A stretch of DNA of 57,469 nt from an uncultured Candidatus Micrarchaeota archaeon (GTDB lineage Archaea > Micrarchaeota > Micrarchaeia > Anstonellales > Anstonellaceae). The notes under the pieces are model-generated. The model did not search any database. It was not told the origin of the DNA and worked only from the letters and a program-made list of their open reading frames with translations. The translations under genes were made by a program, and so were the position numbers. This document shows positions 56,582 through 57,469 of this stretch, in pieces (the stretch's first letter is position 1; each line of letters begins with the position of its first letter). The stretch lies in assembly GCA_903892905.1 (NCBI GenBank), contig CAITKI010000153.1, forward strand, positions 1 to 57,469, read 5' to 3'.

Positions 56582-57196
56582 ATGTACTACGTTCTTTCGT
56601 GCAATGATAGGGTGAGGCTGCCTGCCCAGTTTTTCTCAATGAAGCTGGAGGAGGCGCTCACGCAAATACTGCGCGAGAAATATGAGAGGCGCGTGAACAA
56701 GGACACGGGCGTATCCCTTGCGGTCTGGAACGTCAAGCCGGAAGGCGACGGGCTGGTGATACCTGGCGACAACGCGGCATACTACGACGTGAAGTTTGAC
56801 ACGCTTACATACCTGCCCCAGATAAACGAGATAATCGAGAGCGAAATATCCGAGGTAGTGGAGTTCGGCGGCTTTGTGACACTTGGCCCGATTGAGGGGC
56901 TTGTCCACCTGTCGCAGATTGCGAATGATTTTTTGACCTACAACAAGAAGACGCAGACGTTTGTGGGAAGGGAGAGCAAGAAGTTCCTCAAGAAGAGCGA
57001 CCACGTGTTTGCGAAGATTTCTACGGTGAGCATGAAGAACAACATCCCTGAGACGAAAATCGGGCTCACCATGAGGCCGGACGGGCTTGGCAAGGATGAA
57101 TGGATTTCCGCGAAGAAAGCATCTGCGGAATCCGGCACCGACAAGAAGGAGGCCGAGCCGAAGAAGGAAGCCAAGAAGAAAAAGAAGGAAGAGTGA
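56582..57196 (+). CDS. rpoE1: RNA polymerase subunit Rpo7 (E')
   Basis: VEFGGFVTLGPIEGLVHLSQI, KIGLTMRPDGLGK.EW. Confidence 0.92.
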   Translation: MYYVLSCNDRVRLPAQFFSMKLEEALTQILREKYERRVNKDTGVSLAVWNVKPEGDGLVIPGDNAAYYDVKFDTLTYLPQINEIIESEISEVVEFGGFVTLGPIEGLVHLSQIANDFLTYNKKTQTFVGRESKKFLKKSDHVFAKISTVSMKNNIPETKIGLTMRPDGLGKDEWISAKKASAESGTDKKEAEPKKEAKKKKKEE

Positions 57197-57201
57197 TTTT
57201 G

Positions 57202-57390
57202 ATGAAAGCTTGCAAGAATTGCCGCCTGATAGTGAATGACGAGAAGCAGTGTCCGCAATGCCAGTCGCAGGAGCTGACCGAGAAGTTCTCAGGCCAGCTC
57301 GTGGTGATGGACCCGGAAAAGTCCGAGATTGGCAAGAAGCTTGAAATCAAGGCTCCAGGAAGGTATGCGATAAAGATAAGGGAGAAGTAA
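57202..57390 (+). CDS. spt4: Transcription elongation factor Spt4 (E'')
   Basis: KACKNC...CPQC...DPEKSEI...PGRYAI. Confidence 0.92.
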   Translation: MKACKNCRLIVNDEKQCPQCQSQELTEKFSGQLVVMDPEKSEIGKKLEIKAPGRYAIKIREK

Positions 57391-57404
57391 GCAAGGTGAT
57401 ATTC

Positions 57405-57469
57405 ATGGCTAACAAGACAAGAGGAAGGGAAAGGCTGGGCACTTGCGACGCATGCGGAAGGACGATACC
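57405..57469 (+). CDS. Partial; probable ribosomal protein eS26-like
   Basis: MANKTRGRERLGTCDACGRTI; basic N-terminus plus CxxCGR; AGGTGA SD; truncated by the window edge. Confidence 0.5.
   Translation, partial: MANKTRGRERLGTCDACGRTI

Noticed and set aside
1..57469. CRISPR array, rRNA, transposase, SRP or RNase P RNA
   Set aside because: No regularly spaced repeats or diagnostic motifs were seen by eye.

Overview
Archaeal chromosomal segment. Gene content and style (thermosome, Rpo7/Spt4, AglB, DGGGP synthase, intron-containing tRNA, truncated Rqc2, eS26-like start) suggest a DPANN archaeon, probably Micrarchaeota; this assignment is inference. The left end is the border of a tyrosine-integrase element at tRNA-Leu(CAA). 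About 35 kb is lipid and surface-glycan biosynthesis: aglH, aglB, a degenerate aglB paralogue, a flippase, a GDP-heptose pathway with Campylobacter-type C4 oxidation/reduction, a sugar C-methyltransferase and CDP-sugar genes. The window also holds four toxin-antitoxin modules with palindromic operators, a Tad-like ATPase/TadC pair, a sufCBDSU operon headed by a Cys-rich HTH gene, and housekeeping genes. The most unusual signal is a set of short (about 28-95 nt) hairpin insertions flanked by 3-6 nt direct repeats. Three are in-frame inside conserved enzymes (agmatinase once, AglB twice). Two larger, highly structured intergenic elements are also present. Start codons were adjusted by eye using SD motifs and stop/start overlaps. 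No database searches or folding programs were run.
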